A stretch of 64,000 nucleotides of DNA from Mobula hypostoma (GCF_963921235.1 NC_086097.1:158908001-158972000); one strand, 5' to 3'; positions 25,801 to 38,427 are shown, numbered from the stretch's first letter. The notes: generated from the sequence alone by a model not told the origin. Made by a program: numbers and translations.

Positions 25801-26669
25801 CGTCAAATTGTGCATTGAATGCATTCAGCCTATCAGGAAGGGAAGCGTCACTGTTGTTGACATGCAGGGTGGAGTTATAATCGGTTATGGTTTGTGTTCT
25901 TTGCTACTTGTGCCCGGTGTTTCTAGTGTCGGAAAAGTATCTGTAAATCTTCTGTGAGTATTCTCACTTTGCCTTCCTGATGGCACGGGAGAGCAAAGCT
26001 CTTGGCGAAGTTTGAGTCATCTTATCCCCAGATTTCTGATCCCCTATCCCGGAGTTCTGACCCCTGAGCAGTGCACAAGCCAATGTAATGAGCCATGGTT
26101 TCTAGTTTGCCTTGGCAGTGTGGTATTTAGTAGCGTCCTCAATGCACTCTCCTATGTAGCAAGTCACTGATCCTACATAGTCATCAATATTGACCTGATG
26201 ACCATAGGGAGCCACCTTTCTGAATATACTCTAGTCCTGCAGCACTGAGGTGGCACCTTCTGGACAGGCCCCTGATCTCCCTGTAAACTGATCTGACTTA
26301 TTTAACCAGTGATCTGTATGGGGGATAAGCAAAATGAATATATGGTTTGAGTATCTGAGTTGAGGGTGAAGAGGAGGGAACCTTTTGGGGTCCATAAACA
26401 TTGACATAAACCAGGTCTAATCTATTCTCTGCCCTGGTTGCAAAGTTCTCATGCTAGTAGAACTTTGGTAGGACTGTTTTTTTTAAGTTGGCATGACTGA
26501 AACCACCAGCACCAATGAAGAAACCATTGGGGTGAGTGGCTTCAAGGCTGAAGATTGAGCTGTAGAGTTCCTGCAGTGCTCCCCCAGCACTAGCACACAG
26601 AGATGTTAACATTAATTTAAACACACTTCCTCTGCTTTAAATCTTTGAGTATACTTTATTTAAAAAAAA

Positions 26670-26885
26670 TAATTTTTATTCATTGAGATACAGTACAGAA
26701 TGGCCCTTCCTGCCCTTCAAGCCACACTGCCCAGTAAACCCCAATTTAATTCTAGCCTAATCACAGAACAATTTACTATGGCCTGCTAACGGGTACGTTT
26801 TTAGACTGTGGGAGGAAATTGGAGCACCTGCAGGCAACCCACACAGTCATGGGGAGAATGTACAAATTCCTTACAGACAGCAGAG
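26670..26885 (-). mobile_element. V-SINE (HE1-like)
   Basis: GACTGTGGGAGGAAATTGGAGCACCTGCAGGCAACCCACACAGTCATGGGGAGAATGTACAAATTCCTTACAGACAG. Confidence 0.78.
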
Positions 26886-28721
26886 ACAGCAAATGTGCAT
26901 TCCCAGGTAGTCAGGGATAGGCTACAGGTGGAATCGATGCAAATATAATCATTTTACTTCTATTAGCACTTGACATTGAGTTTGACGGTTTCAGATAGTG
27001 TCTCTGTTCACTTCCGTCTGAAGCATCCTATCTATCTCCTTTTGCCTTACGCAATCTTTGGCTGTATAAAGTGACAATGGGAATGGAAAACATTTAATAA
27101 TTTTCCTGTAAGTGTGGGTGACAACACTTCCTCAATTTACTGAGATTAATTTCATGCAAGTGTTTTATATATCACTATCTTATAGTTTTTCTTTTGCTCG
27201 AGAAATAAAGTTGCCCTCATCAATTGAGAGGGGCCATTTTCTCTACTTGGCTGTCAGTTTTCTGAGCAAATGGATTTAGCTGTTGAACATTAGATTGCTG
27301 CACGTCATAGGCCCCGCCCACCTTGAAGTGCTGTTGATAAGTAATTGTTTGTCGTTTAATCCTGTTCACCTTTCACCTTATCACAGATTTCTGGTTTTTG
27401 TTGTTTTCTGATATCTCCCTATTTTTTGTCACTTTACAACTTATTTTTGTCTTTTTTTTCTAGTTCTGGTCACAAAAACATAGAAAGAAAGAGACTGGTG
27501 GACCATTTGGCCCTTCAAATCACTTCTTCATTCAACGTGACAATAGCTAATCTTAATGCCACATTCCTGCACTCTTGATGCTTTTTGTGTCTGGAAATAC
27601 TGTATAAAACCATGGATAGAGTGACTGCACTCAGTCTCTTTCACGGGGTTGGGGAATAGCTTAGATGGGGCGCATATGTAGGCATGGACCGTTTAGGTTG
27701 AATGACCTGTTTCCAAGTATTTCCAGCTTTCAGTTCTGTTAAGCCTCTCAGATGTTTTGACTTTTCCCCCTCCTAATTGCAAACTCCCTTACCAGTGAAA
27801 ATATATGAGAAAACATTGATCAAATTATTTCTTAACCTTAAAAATTCCCAGGAAAACATTGCCATCAGTAATCATGCTTTTTATCATCCATCCAATAGAG
27901 GTGGATGACCAGTTCTAATTGAGCTCATACCTTTGAAGCAAAATAGACTTACAGCTGTTTGAATTAATTTAGTCTTCTTAGATTTCTCCTGCATTAATAA
28001 TATTGATGCCAGCATCACAGCACCACAACCCCCTCCCGGCCGTAGGCCAGATAACGACTGCAGTGTGAATGTGCAGCAGTAGCTCTGGGAATCCTTTCAG
28101 TCAGTGAGCAGTTCCCAGCTGAACACAGAAGGTTAAGCAAAGATCAAAAAATGTTGTTTTTGCTTTCTTTTCCGAACATTATCTGTGAGCAAAATGTTTA
28201 TTGGAGCTACAAGCTTTCAGCTCAGACCATCAATTATAGTTTGCTAGGTCAGTACAGAATAGTCTCAGGTCCAGATGGGCAACTAAAACAATAAGCTGCT
28301 CAATTACCAGCCTGTATTGAAGCTTTAAACAGTGTTACGAAAATACCTCATTGTGATGATATTGTCATAAAGTCTCCTTGCTTGAATTTACTGCTACAGT
28401 TCACAACAGACTGGTTAAAAGATGGAAATAATGTACTAAGTGTTTTTGGGGACATGTCTGTGATTAAAATTCAAAAAAAAAATTGAAGCCTGAATTTTGT
28501 AATCTTAGTTAGAGCAATTGACTGATAGTTTTGTCTCACATTGATAGAGTTCATCCTGAGCCGGTCATCCAATTAGTCTCTCTGATTTCCATGAATAGTG
28601 TTACTGGTAGTGGAAGTTAGTGTGGACTAGTTAACTCCAGCAGTCACCTTTGGACAATCTGGAAAGACCTGCTCAGTGTCTTAGCAACTGAAGCTCAGTC
28701 CTTCAATATCCTCTCTGTATA

Positions 28722-30459
28722 CAAGCAACACACATCAAAGTTGCTGGTGAACGCAGCAGGCCAGGCAGCATCTCTAGGAAGAGGTACAGTCGATGTTTCA
28801 GGCCGAGACCCTTTGACAGGACTAACTGAAAGAAGAGCTAGTAAGAGATTTAAAAGTGGGAGGGGCAGGGGGAGATCCAAAATGATAGGAGAAGACAGGA
28901 GGGGGAGGGATGGAGCCAAGAGCTGGACAGGTGATAGGCAAAAGGGATATGAGAGGATCATGGGACAGGAGGCCCAGGGAGAAAGAAAAAGAGGGAGGGG
29001 GGAAAAACCCAGAGGATGGTCAAGGGGTATAGTCAGAGGGACAGAAGGAGAAAAAGTTGAGAGGGAGAAAGAATGGGTATATATAAAAAAATAACAGATG
29101 GGGTACGAGAGGGAGGTGGGGCATTAGCGGAAGTTTGAGAAGTCAATGTTCATGCCATCAGGTTGGAGGCTACCCAGACAGAATATAAGGTGTTGTTCCT
29201 CCAACCTGAGTGTGGCTTCATCTTTACAGTAGAGGAGGCCATGGGTAGACATATCAGAATGGGAATGGGACGTGGAATTAACATGTGTAGCCACTGGAAG
29301 ATCCTGCTTTCTCTGGCGGATAGAGCATAGGTGTTCAGTGAAATGATCTCCCAGTCTGCGTCGGGTCTCGCCAATATATAGAAGGCCACATCGGGAGCAC
29401 CGGACGCAGTATATCACCCCAGCCAACTCACAGGTGAAGTGTCGCCTCACCTGGAAGGACTGTCTGGGGCCCTGAATGGTGGTAAGGGAGGAAGTGTAAG
29501 GGCATGTGTAGCACTTGTTCCGCTTACAAGGATAAGTGCCAGGAGGGAGATTGGTGGGGAGGGATGGGGGGGGACGAATGGACAAGGGAGTCGCGTAGGG
29601 AGCGATCCCTGCAGAAAGCAGAGAGAGGGGGGGAGGGAAAGATGTGCTTAGTGGTGGGATCCCGTTGGAGGTGGCGGAAGTTACGGAGAATAATATGTTG
29701 GACCCGGAGGTGGTAGGTGAGGACAAGGGGAACCCTATTCCTAGTGGGGTGGCGGGAGGATGGAGTGAGAGCAGATGTGCGTGAAATGGGGGGGATGTGT
29801 GTGAGAGCAGAGTTGATGGTGGAGGAAGGGAAACCCCTTTCTTTAAAAAAGGAGGACATCTCCCTCGTCCTGGAATGAAAAGCCTCATCCTGAGAGCATA
29901 TGCGGCGGAGACGGAGGAATTGCGAGACGGGGATGGCATTTTTGCAAGAGACAGGGTGAGTAGAGCATTAGTCCAGATAGCTGTGAGAGTCAGTAGGCTT
30001 ATAGTAGACATCAGTAGATAAGTTGTCTCCAGAGATAGAAACAGTAAGATCTAGAAAGGGGAGGGAGGTGTCGGAAATGGGCCAGGTAAACTTGAGGGCA
30101 GGGTGAAAGTTGGAGGCAAAGTTAATGAAGTCAACGAGCTCAACATGCGTGCAGGAAGCAGCGCCAATGCAGTCATTGATGTAGTGAAGGAAAAGTGGGG
30201 GACAGATACCAGAATAGGTTTGGAACATAGATTGTTCCACAAAGCCAACAAAAAGGCAGGCATAGCTAGGACCCATACGGGTGCCCATAGCTACACCTTT
30301 AGTTTGGAGGAAGTGGGAGGAGCCAAAGGAGAAATTATTAAGAGTAAGGACTAATTCCACTAGACGGAGCAGAGTGGTGGTAGAGGGGAACTGATTAGGT
30401 CTGGAATCCAAAAAGAAGCGGAGAGCTTTGAGACCTTCCTGATGGGGGATGGAAGTATG
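28722..30459 (-). mobile_element. Penelope-like element (Neptune-type), 5'-truncated: RT, Cys linker, GIY-YIG endonuclease, pLTR
   Basis: QTKGVAMGTRMGPSYA..HYINDC (RT, YIDD>YIND); CKRNKCYTC linker; VIYCVRCSRCGLLYIGET (GIY-YIG); 8-bp TSD TCTGTATA at 28714-28721 and 30460-30467. Confidence 0.93.
28787..28823 (-). ncRNA. Degenerate minimal hammerhead ribozyme in the Neptune-type pLTR
   Basis: Minus strand reads AGTC-CTGTCAA-AGGGTCTCGGCCT-GAAA-CATC-GACTG; stem I is AGTC/GACT and the core departs from CTGAnGA..GAAACGTC. Confidence 0.62.
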
Positions 30460-30704
30460 TCTGTATATACTTGCCTTTCTATCTTGTTCCACTATCCTGT
30501 CTTTCGTTTTTCATTCCAGAAACCCTGTGTGCTTCATTCCAGTTGAAGCCCATTATCCACTCATTTGCTTCGGACCTGTCCCTGATCTCCCGTTTCTTCT
30601 GACTTAAGTCTCCTTTGCATCGTACCTTCACTGGCATCTTTTTATTTTGGAATTTCTATCCGAAGCTATTTGGTTTTCCAACTTACCTTTTTGAGTATTC
30701 TACC

Positions 30705-30932
30705 AAATCCGGAGTGGAGCCTCTCAGACGCTGGATGTCATTGGACATCCGCCCGGCAGCTCCTGCAGCCAAGCCGGTGCCAAACGTATCGCTTCATAAG
30801 CTTTCCTTTAGACTGCACTGTGAGGCCAAGAAGGGAATCTTAAAGACAGGGCATTTCGTGTTCTCCAGACCTTCCACCCAGGCTTGTGATGATCATCATC
30901 ATCCATTGTCCTTCGAGACAGACAGATGCCAA
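30705..30932 (+). mobile_element. Short RTE-like non-autonomous retroposon fragment
   Basis: CAAATCCGGAGTGGAG, GGCAGCTCCTGCAGCCAAGCCGGTGCCAAA and ATCCATTGTC..GACAGATGCC are shared with 47385-47805 and 3119-3501. Confidence 0.65.
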
Positions 30933-31177
30933 TCCCAAATCACAGAAAATATTAGCATGAGTGGGTCACTTGGCCATTGAGCCTTCCTAAACATTCACTG
31001 CAACTATAGTTAATTCTCAATCTCACTATCATACCCCCATGCTGCTCACTTACTCCCTTATCCTTTTTATGTCTAGAAATCTTATCTACATTCATCTCTC
31101 AAGTGTATTCAACAATTTGACATCCATCATCTTCTGTTCCAGATTATGCAACATCTTTACAACTTTACGTCTTTTGT

Positions 31178-33056
31178 ATATAACCATTTAACAATTACAG
31201 CACAGAAACAGGCCATCTCAGCCCTTCTAGTCCATGCCAAACTCTACTCTCACCGAGTCCCACTGACCTGCACTTGGTCCATAACCCTCCATTCCTTTCC
31301 TGTCCAGAAATCTATCCAATTTAACCTTAAACGACAACATCGAACCTGTCTCAACCACTTCTGCTGGAAGCTCGTTCCACACAGCCACCACTCTCTGAGT
31401 GAAGGAGTCCCCCCTCAGGTTACCCCTAAACTTTTGCCCTTTAACTCTCAACTCATGTCCTCTTGTTTGAATCTCCCCCACTCTCAATGGAAAAAGCCTA
31501 TCCACGTCAACTCTATCAATCCCCCTCATAATTTTAAACACCTCTATCAAGACCCCTCTCAACCGTCTATGCTCCAAAGAATAAAGACCTAACTTGTTCA
31601 ACCTTTCTCTGTAACTTAGGAGATGAAACCCAGGCAAAATTTTAGTAAACCTCCTCTGTACTCTGTCAATTTTATTGACATCTTTCCTATAATTCGGTGA
31701 CCAGAACTGTACACAATACTCCAAATTTGGCCTTACCAATGCCTTGTACAATTTCAACATTACATCCCAACTCCTATACTCAATACTCTGATTTATAAAG
31801 GCCAGCATACCAAAAGCTTTCTTCACCACCCTATCCACATGAGGTTCCACCTTCAGGGAACTATGCACCATTATTCCTAGATCCCTCTGTTCTACAGCAT
31901 TCTTCAATGCCCTACCATTTACCATGTATGTCCTATTTTGATTAGTCCTACCAAAATGTAGCACCTCACATTTTTCAGCATTAAACTCCATCTGCCATCT
32001 TTCAGCCCACTCTTCTAACTGGCCTAAATCTCTCTGCAAGCTTTAACAACCTATTTCATTATCCACAACGCCACCTATCTTAGTATCATCTGCATACTTA
32101 CTAATCCAATTTACTACCCCATCTTCCAGATCATTAATATATATGATAAATAACATTGGACCCAGTGCAGATCCCTGAGGCACACCGCCCTCCAATCTGA
32201 CACACAGTTATCCACCACTACTCTCTGGCGTCTCCCATCCAGCCACTGCTGAATCCATTTTACTACTTTGATATTAATGCCTAACAATTGAACCTTCCTA
32301 ACTAACCTTCTGTGTGGAACCTTGTCAAAGGCCTTACTGAAGTCCATATAGACAACATCCACTGCTTTACCCTCGTCAACTTTCCTAGTAACCTCATCAA
32401 AAAATTCAGTAAGATTTGTCAAACATGACCTTCCACGCACAAATCCATGTTGATTGTTCCTAATCAGACCCTGTCTATCCAGATAATTATATATACCATC
32501 TCTGAGAATACTTTCCATCAGTTTACCCACCACTGACATCAAACTCACAGGCTGATAATTGCTAGGTTTACTCTTAGAACCCTTTTTAAACAATGGAACC
32601 ACATGAGCAATACGCCAATCCTCCGGCACCATCCCCGTTTCTAATGACATTTGAAATATTTCTGTTAGAGCCCCTGCTATTTCCACACTTAACTTCCTTC
32701 AAGGTCCTAGGGAATATCTTGTCTGGACCCAGAGACTTATCCACTTTTATATTCCTTAAAAGTGCCAGTACTTCCTCTTCTTTAATCGTCATACTTTCCG
32801 TAACTACCCTTCTTGTTTCCTTTACCTTACACAATTCAATATCCTTCTCCTTAGTGAATACCGAAGAAAAGAAATTGTTCAAAATCTCCCCCATCTCTTT
32901 TGGCTCCACACATAGCTGTAACTCTGATTCTCTAAGGAACCAATTTTATCCCTCACTGTCCTTTTGCTACTTATATAACTCTAGAAACCCTTTGGATTTA
33001 TTTTCACCTTACTTGCTAAAGCTGCCTCGTATCTTCTTTTAGCTTTTCTAATTTCT
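31178..33056 (-). mobile_element. CR1 LINE, 5'-truncated, comparatively young (270-codon open C-terminus)
   Basis: ORFs 32586-32909, 32114-32686 (DFSKAFDKVPH) and 31227-32039 (LVRPNLEYCVQFWSP); tail TATAACCATTTAACAATTACAGCAC. Confidence 0.93.
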
Positions 33057-33138
33057 TGGTCTATAATATCTTATTCAGTATCCTGATAGTGTACTGCTCA
33101 TTTTAGTTTCCCTGGTGATAGGAAACAACCTCCCTGTA

Positions 33139-34373
33139 CAGATTTCCCCCGCCATCCGAAGGTAGAGCGTTCCTATGAAATGGTTCATAAACCAGAATGT
33201 CATAAAGCAAAGAAGCAATTACCATTTATTTATATGGGAAAATTTTGTGGGTGTTCACAGACCCTAAAATAACCTACCAAATCATGCCAAATAACACATA
33301 AAACCTAAAATAACAGTAATATGTAGTAAAAGCAGGAATGATATGGTAAATACACAACCTATATAAAGTAGAAATACTTTTCCACAATCACTGCCACACT
33401 GTCCACAGTAGCAAAAATCTCACACAAGCGCTCTCGGCAAAAACACGGCACAAGTGCCGTCGGCAGAAAATCTCACACAAGCACCGTCGGCAGAACTCTG
33501 TCCAGTAACCTTTAAGCTATGAAGCTGCCAAATCATACCAAATAACACGTAAAAATACGCAGCCGATATAAAGTAGAAATAATGTATGTACAGTGTAGTG
33601 TCACTTATGGGAATTGGGAAGACATCGAGCACACTGATGATGGTGTGTTAGGCTGAGTTGTCGGAGGTTGGGGTGGTGCATTGGCCCCCACCCTCCGGGC
33701 TGCCGACTGATACCGATCTGCGAAGCATGCAGGGGTACAAGGGTAGCCCGAACACACCCAGCACACCTTTAAGAAAAAAGCTGAAATAAACATGCTAATT
33801 ATTTAGCTTGTTTATTTCGGCTTTTTTCTTAAAGATGTGCTGGGTGTGTTCGGGCTACTGCTGCATTCTCCGCGAATCAGTATCTGTCCGCGGCCCATTC
33901 GCTACTGCATTCGGTTTCGGTTATTATCCTTTCCTCTTCCAATTGCATCAGCTCTTCATCTATCAGTTCTTGGTCATGGGATGTCAAAACCTCTTCAACA
34001 TCATCTTCGTCAACTTCCACAAGCCAAACTCACTTTGTCCTTACTTTGTTCACCATGATCAAAACGCTTAATTATGTCTAGTTATACGCTAAGTGTAACA
34101 CCCTTACGAGCTCTTTCAGGCTTTTTCGGTACCTTAGAACTCATCTTGCTAACGGCTGCTCACAGGCATGTGTTTAAGCAATGCCGGCGAGAATGCCATT
34201 CCAAATCCGGGGGAGGAGCGGCTGCTCGGGGCGCGCGCTGTCTTTTTTTCTGGCGCGCTGATTTTTTTGCGCGCTTCCTTTTCTTGTAACAGTGAAAACA
34301 CCTTCTGTTAGCGAAAACGGAACTAATGTAGGAACTTTCGTAAAGCAAACATTCGAAAAGCAGGGGACACCTG
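33139..34373 (-). mobile_element. Internally deleted Tigger/pogo DNA transposon
   Basis: TA TSD at 33137-38 and 34374-75; ends CAGATTTCCCCCGC / GCAGGGGACACCTG. Minus strand 34144-33895 gives MSSKVPKKPERARKGVTLSV*LDIIKRFDHGEQSKD (CENP-B/psq HTH start) joined to EVDEDDVEEVLTSHDQELIDEELMQLEE (Tigger acidic C-terminus). Confidence 0.85.
33743..33858. repeat. Long inverted repeat (56-bp arms, 4-nt loop)
   Basis: Arms 33743-33798 and 33803-33858 differ at 3 positions; loop TTAT. Confidence 0.95.
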
Positions 34374-37300
34374 TATCCCGTTTCTCTAGCTCTGTCAGAA
34401 TTTTGTATATTTCTGAAATCCCCTCTCATTCTCCTAAACTTTACTGAATATAGACCATCCAACATTCCAGGAAAAGTGGACAAGTTGTGGTTCAGTTACA
34501 CAGGACACTGATGAGATGACACCTGGAGCATGGTGTATTGTAGTAGTCGCTCTATTAAAGGAAGAGTTCTCCATCATGGGCTTGTAGGGCAAGTTAGAAT
34601 TGCCGAAGCTCGAAAGAAATCTGATTGAGGCATATCAGGATCTGAGAAGTCTTGACTAAGTTAATGCAGCGATACTGCTTTCTCTTGTAGGAAAATCTAT
34701 AACTAGAGATTAATGTGTAAAAATAAGGGATCACTGGTTTAACACGGACAAAAGTTGGAGGTTCAACTTAGATCAGCCAAGATCTAATTAAATTGTGGAG
34801 CAAGCTTACTCCCATTCTTAATTTGTATGTTTATTCTTAGCTCAGTGAAATTTAATCTCATTCAAAGTAGTACCTGCCCTGGGAATGGTTAATATACAGT
34901 CAGGGTTTGAAAGCAAAAAATAAAATTATCCTACAGCATTGATATTTGTCAACTTGATAGAATGTTTTCTGTTCCATTGAAGAGGAAATAGAAGTTTGAA
35001 TAATTGATATGAATTGAAGCAAGAACACTGTTGTGGCAACAGGAAACAGAAAGCAAACATGACATAGAAATTTAATCAAGTAAATTGAAGAATGAATTAG
35101 CAAATACACAACACCTTCAATGACATTCCAAGTTGCTTCACAGCCAATGAAGAGTTCCAAATTGTTGACTAGGTGTGCATGATACTGAGTAAATTTGGAC
35201 TGAAACATTAATAGATAGCTCCCTTTATCAACAGGGTTAATTGAAGGAATGCATTTTGAATCAAGTATTTATGCATTCTGAAAATTAAATTGAAGGACAG
35301 AACAGAATTCTCTTTGTTGATTTTTATATTCTTATAATTGTTAGACTTGTATTACCAGAAGCATAGTTTGATTTTGTGAAGTAGAACTAAATTTAATCCA
35401 TTACAGGCTGGAAAAGAGCCTCTGAAAGAAGCCGTAATTTTTAATAGTATTTCCACTGCAAGCTGAAGTGCTGTCTAGGTGTAACTGAGATGCAAAGGCT
35501 ATGCATGTGAAATTATATTCTTACAAAACTCTTAACATTTCTGGAAAACTATGCAGTTCAACTGTGATATTTTAACCAAAGAATTTAACCTTTAATCAGT
35601 AATGAAGAAGATTTCTTTAATGTACAACTGAATGGTTTGATCATGAAATTAATGTGTGATGCAATATATAATGAAGAGATCTATAGCATCAGTTTTGAAA
35701 ATTCCATACAAAACACCAAAAGTAAAATTAAGGAGAGGATAAAATAAAGACAGCCCATTTTTGTTGTGTTAGCACTTCATCTTATTTCAGTTATAAGACA
35801 GTGAGCAACGGGTCATCTGTGAGATTTTTGATCTATGAGCACAAAACACTTTCCTCTGCTGTACTTGTATTTACCAGCCCAGAACTACATGGAAAGCAGA
35901 GATTGCTCCTGTTACTTCTCTTCTTTAGTGCAGGCACAAAGAACAAATGTAGCAATGCTGTATTTGCCAAGGGGATCAGAACTTTCAGAAGTGTGGAGGA
36001 ATGCGTTGAAATTTACCACAGAGAATTTGTTGAGTGCTTTCAAAGCTAAGGTCAATTGTGTTTTTTTAGTCCAAGGAAATGAGAGGAAAAGGTCAAGAAG
36101 ATGAAACTGTGATAACAGTTTACAAAGCAACATTTAGAGTCTTGTACCAGTGTCTGTCGCTGTTATATTCTCTTAGCTGGTATATCATCCATGCCATTGA
36201 CCACACTGAGTTAAAAGACAGAATGAAGTCAATGGAGACAAAAGTAAAACATCAGGAGAGTTATAAAATGGATTGTTGTTTTGCCCTATGCCCTATTGAT
36301 TATCATTTTTTTATTCCCTTGGATTCCAAATACATCTCAGTCTTGAATACACCCTACAGGCCTCTAGCAGAGAATACCAAAGATTTGTTAGTATGATCTC
36401 TAGACAAAGAAAGAAGGTCTGGAGGATTGGAGCTTATCCAGCACTGCTTGTTGTCCAAGGGGAAGCAGAATGTTTTCCTTTCAACAAAGTGTACTTCCAC
36501 TATAAACAGTGCTTAGCATCACTTTATCATTACCTTAAGCTCCCTTCACTAATGCCATCAATATTGATCCCATTTCTCCTCTGCTTTCTGCAACTCATTT
36601 TCCTCCATGCTTCCTCCCTCCCCTCACCCAATCCCTGTCCTTCACTACCAGCCCAGCCCATGATCTAGTGCTTCCCTATAATAATCCCCACTACCTATCC
36701 AAGGCTTAGAATCCAATCTCAAACCGCAAATGTGAAAACTCCAAGTAATTAAGGAAACATTTGCTTCAGAATATTCCAAACACAAGTGCACCATTTACTC
36801 AGAGAACCATTGCAACTCAAAATCCCAGAATGCCAGTGTTAGTAAATGGAATCTTTATTTTTATTTGCTATTTGGGCCAATATGTACAAACGTGTATAAT
36901 TAAATCTTCCATGTAAATAATTATAATACAATTTTCAGTGTAAACATCCTAGCATGAAGAAAGATGGGTGAACTGTGGTTTCTTAATGGATAAGCCAAAT
37001 CAGTCAACAGGATTTCTCCCTGTATTATAATTTTTAAAAAATATATGTACCAGAAGTTTCTGTCCAAAGGAATGAAAAAAAATATCTGACTTATGAAAAA
37101 AAAATCTGACTTAAAAATATATATTTCTCAAAATAGACATTAATCTATCATGTTTCTCAGTGCATTAGAACTTGCATTCCCATGCCAGTGTTACTGTTTG
37201 GACTTCTTCACACTTGTCAGAGGAAGTCAATGGCAGCACCTTCTGCCCAGCCATCTGTCTTTGAGTTGCACTGCTGGACAACATGTGGAGTTTGAAGGGG

Positions 37301-37379
37301 CAGTGTGAACTTCCTAAGACTGATCCCATAAGGCTGAATCTGGCACAAGTACTTTCGATTCACTCAAGTGACTTGAAAG

Positions 37380-38160
37380 TAACAAGCAAACACAAGAATA
37401 AGCCATTTGCCTCTATATTTTTGTTCTGTCATTCAATAAGATGATGTTTGATCTTTTACCTGAATGCTATTTCCCTTAGCCCATACTCTTTTGATCCCAT
37501 ATTACCTCAAAATCTTAACAATCTCTTGTCTTGAATATATTAAGGTACTGACTCTCACATTCCTCTTGGATGGAAGTTTCCAAAGATCCACTCACCTCTA
37601 AGTGAATAAATTCTTTTGCCTTGATGACCCCTTGTTCCAGTCTCCCCAGCTGGGGAAAACATAAACACTGATTCTGCCCTGTCAAGCCCTGAAAGAATTT
37701 TTGCACCTTTCAAATGTGATCACTAGTCATAAACTGAATAGTTATAGGCTCAGTCTACTTAATATCTCATTACATAAAAAACATCTTCCTAGAAATCATT
37801 TCAGAGATATCAGTTCCTCAAACACTATAAGAACATATGAAAATCAGAAATATGAGCCGGAGTAGGCTATTGAATCTTTGCGCCTGCTCCACATTCATCA
37901 AAATCATGGGTAATTTTCTACCTCAAGTGCCTTTTCCTGCACTGCCTCTTTATCCCTCAATTCCCTTAATATCGTGAAGTTTATCTATATTTGTTTTTTT
38001 TACTGAACTCAACAATTGAGCCTCCACTGTCTCCAAAAACTGCCTCCATAGGAAGGTATTATTCCCCACCTCAGTCCTAGATGTCACAGCTCTTTTTTTC
38101 TGAAACTATTTCCCCTAGATGTAAAATCCTCAGTTAGGGAAAGTATATTCCCACCATCCA
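37380..38160 (-). mobile_element. Two old, degraded CR1 3' ends in tandem
   Basis: Tail-like starts AAACACAAGAATAAGCCATTTG (about 37388) and ATAAGAACATATGAAAATCAGAAATATGAGCCGGAGTAGGCTATT (about 37826), each followed by antisense CR1 C-terminal remnants. Confidence 0.62.
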
Positions 38161-38166
38161 ATCTGA

Positions 38167-38427
38167 TGTGGTGCGTGGCCAAGTGGTTAGGGCAATGGAC
38201 TAGCGATCTGAAGGTCATGAGTTAAAGCCTCAGCCGAGGCAGCGTGTGTGTCCTTGAGCAAGGCACTTAACCACACAATACTCCAGTCTACACAGCTGAG
38301 AATGGGTACCACCAAAAATGCTAGGGGTTAACCTCACGACAGACTGGTGTCCTATCCGGGGAGGGGGAAGTCTCGTATTCTGAGTCGCTTCATGCCACAG
38401 AAACCAGCATAAGCACCGGCCTGATGA
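38167..38427 (+). mobile_element. tRNA-derived CORE-type SINE, 3' end cut by CR1
   Basis: GTGGCCAAGTGGTTAGGGC..GAAGGTCATGAGTTAAAGCC head and TGTGTCCTTGAGCAAGGCACTTAACCACAC, nearly identical to the 12201 SINE, followed by a different body (..GTCGCTTCATGCCACAGAAACC..GGCCTGATGAG). Confidence 0.8.

Larger units (their letters stand above)
17260..26600 (-). mobile_element. Rex1/Babar LINE split by an L1 insertion (17260-18246 and 25625-26600)
   Basis: NPRKAAGPADIPGWVLRDCAAQLTEVLKGIF (25625-25710) continues after the TSD as DIFSISLQQSIVPAGFKAATI..LNDYHLVVLTSTIMKCFE (18081-18246). Endonuclease-like remnants lie at about 26300-26600. Confidence 0.85.

Noticed and set aside
28741..29094. 117-aa Arg/Gly-rich plus-strand ORF and similar antisense ORFs throughout the window
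   Set aside because: Antisense shadow of the pyrimidine-rich PLE pLTR; most listed ORFs are shadows of TE ORFs.
33414..33495. Three ~27-bp repeats as a CRISPR-like array
   Set aside because: Head-to-tail units with no unique spacers, inside a eukaryotic Tigger; no cas genes.
37074..37112. Small tandem duplications (GAAAAAAAATATCTGACTTA x2; also AACATTTCAATGA x2 at about 10289-10322)
   Set aside because: Ordinary slippage-type micro-duplications with no further structure.
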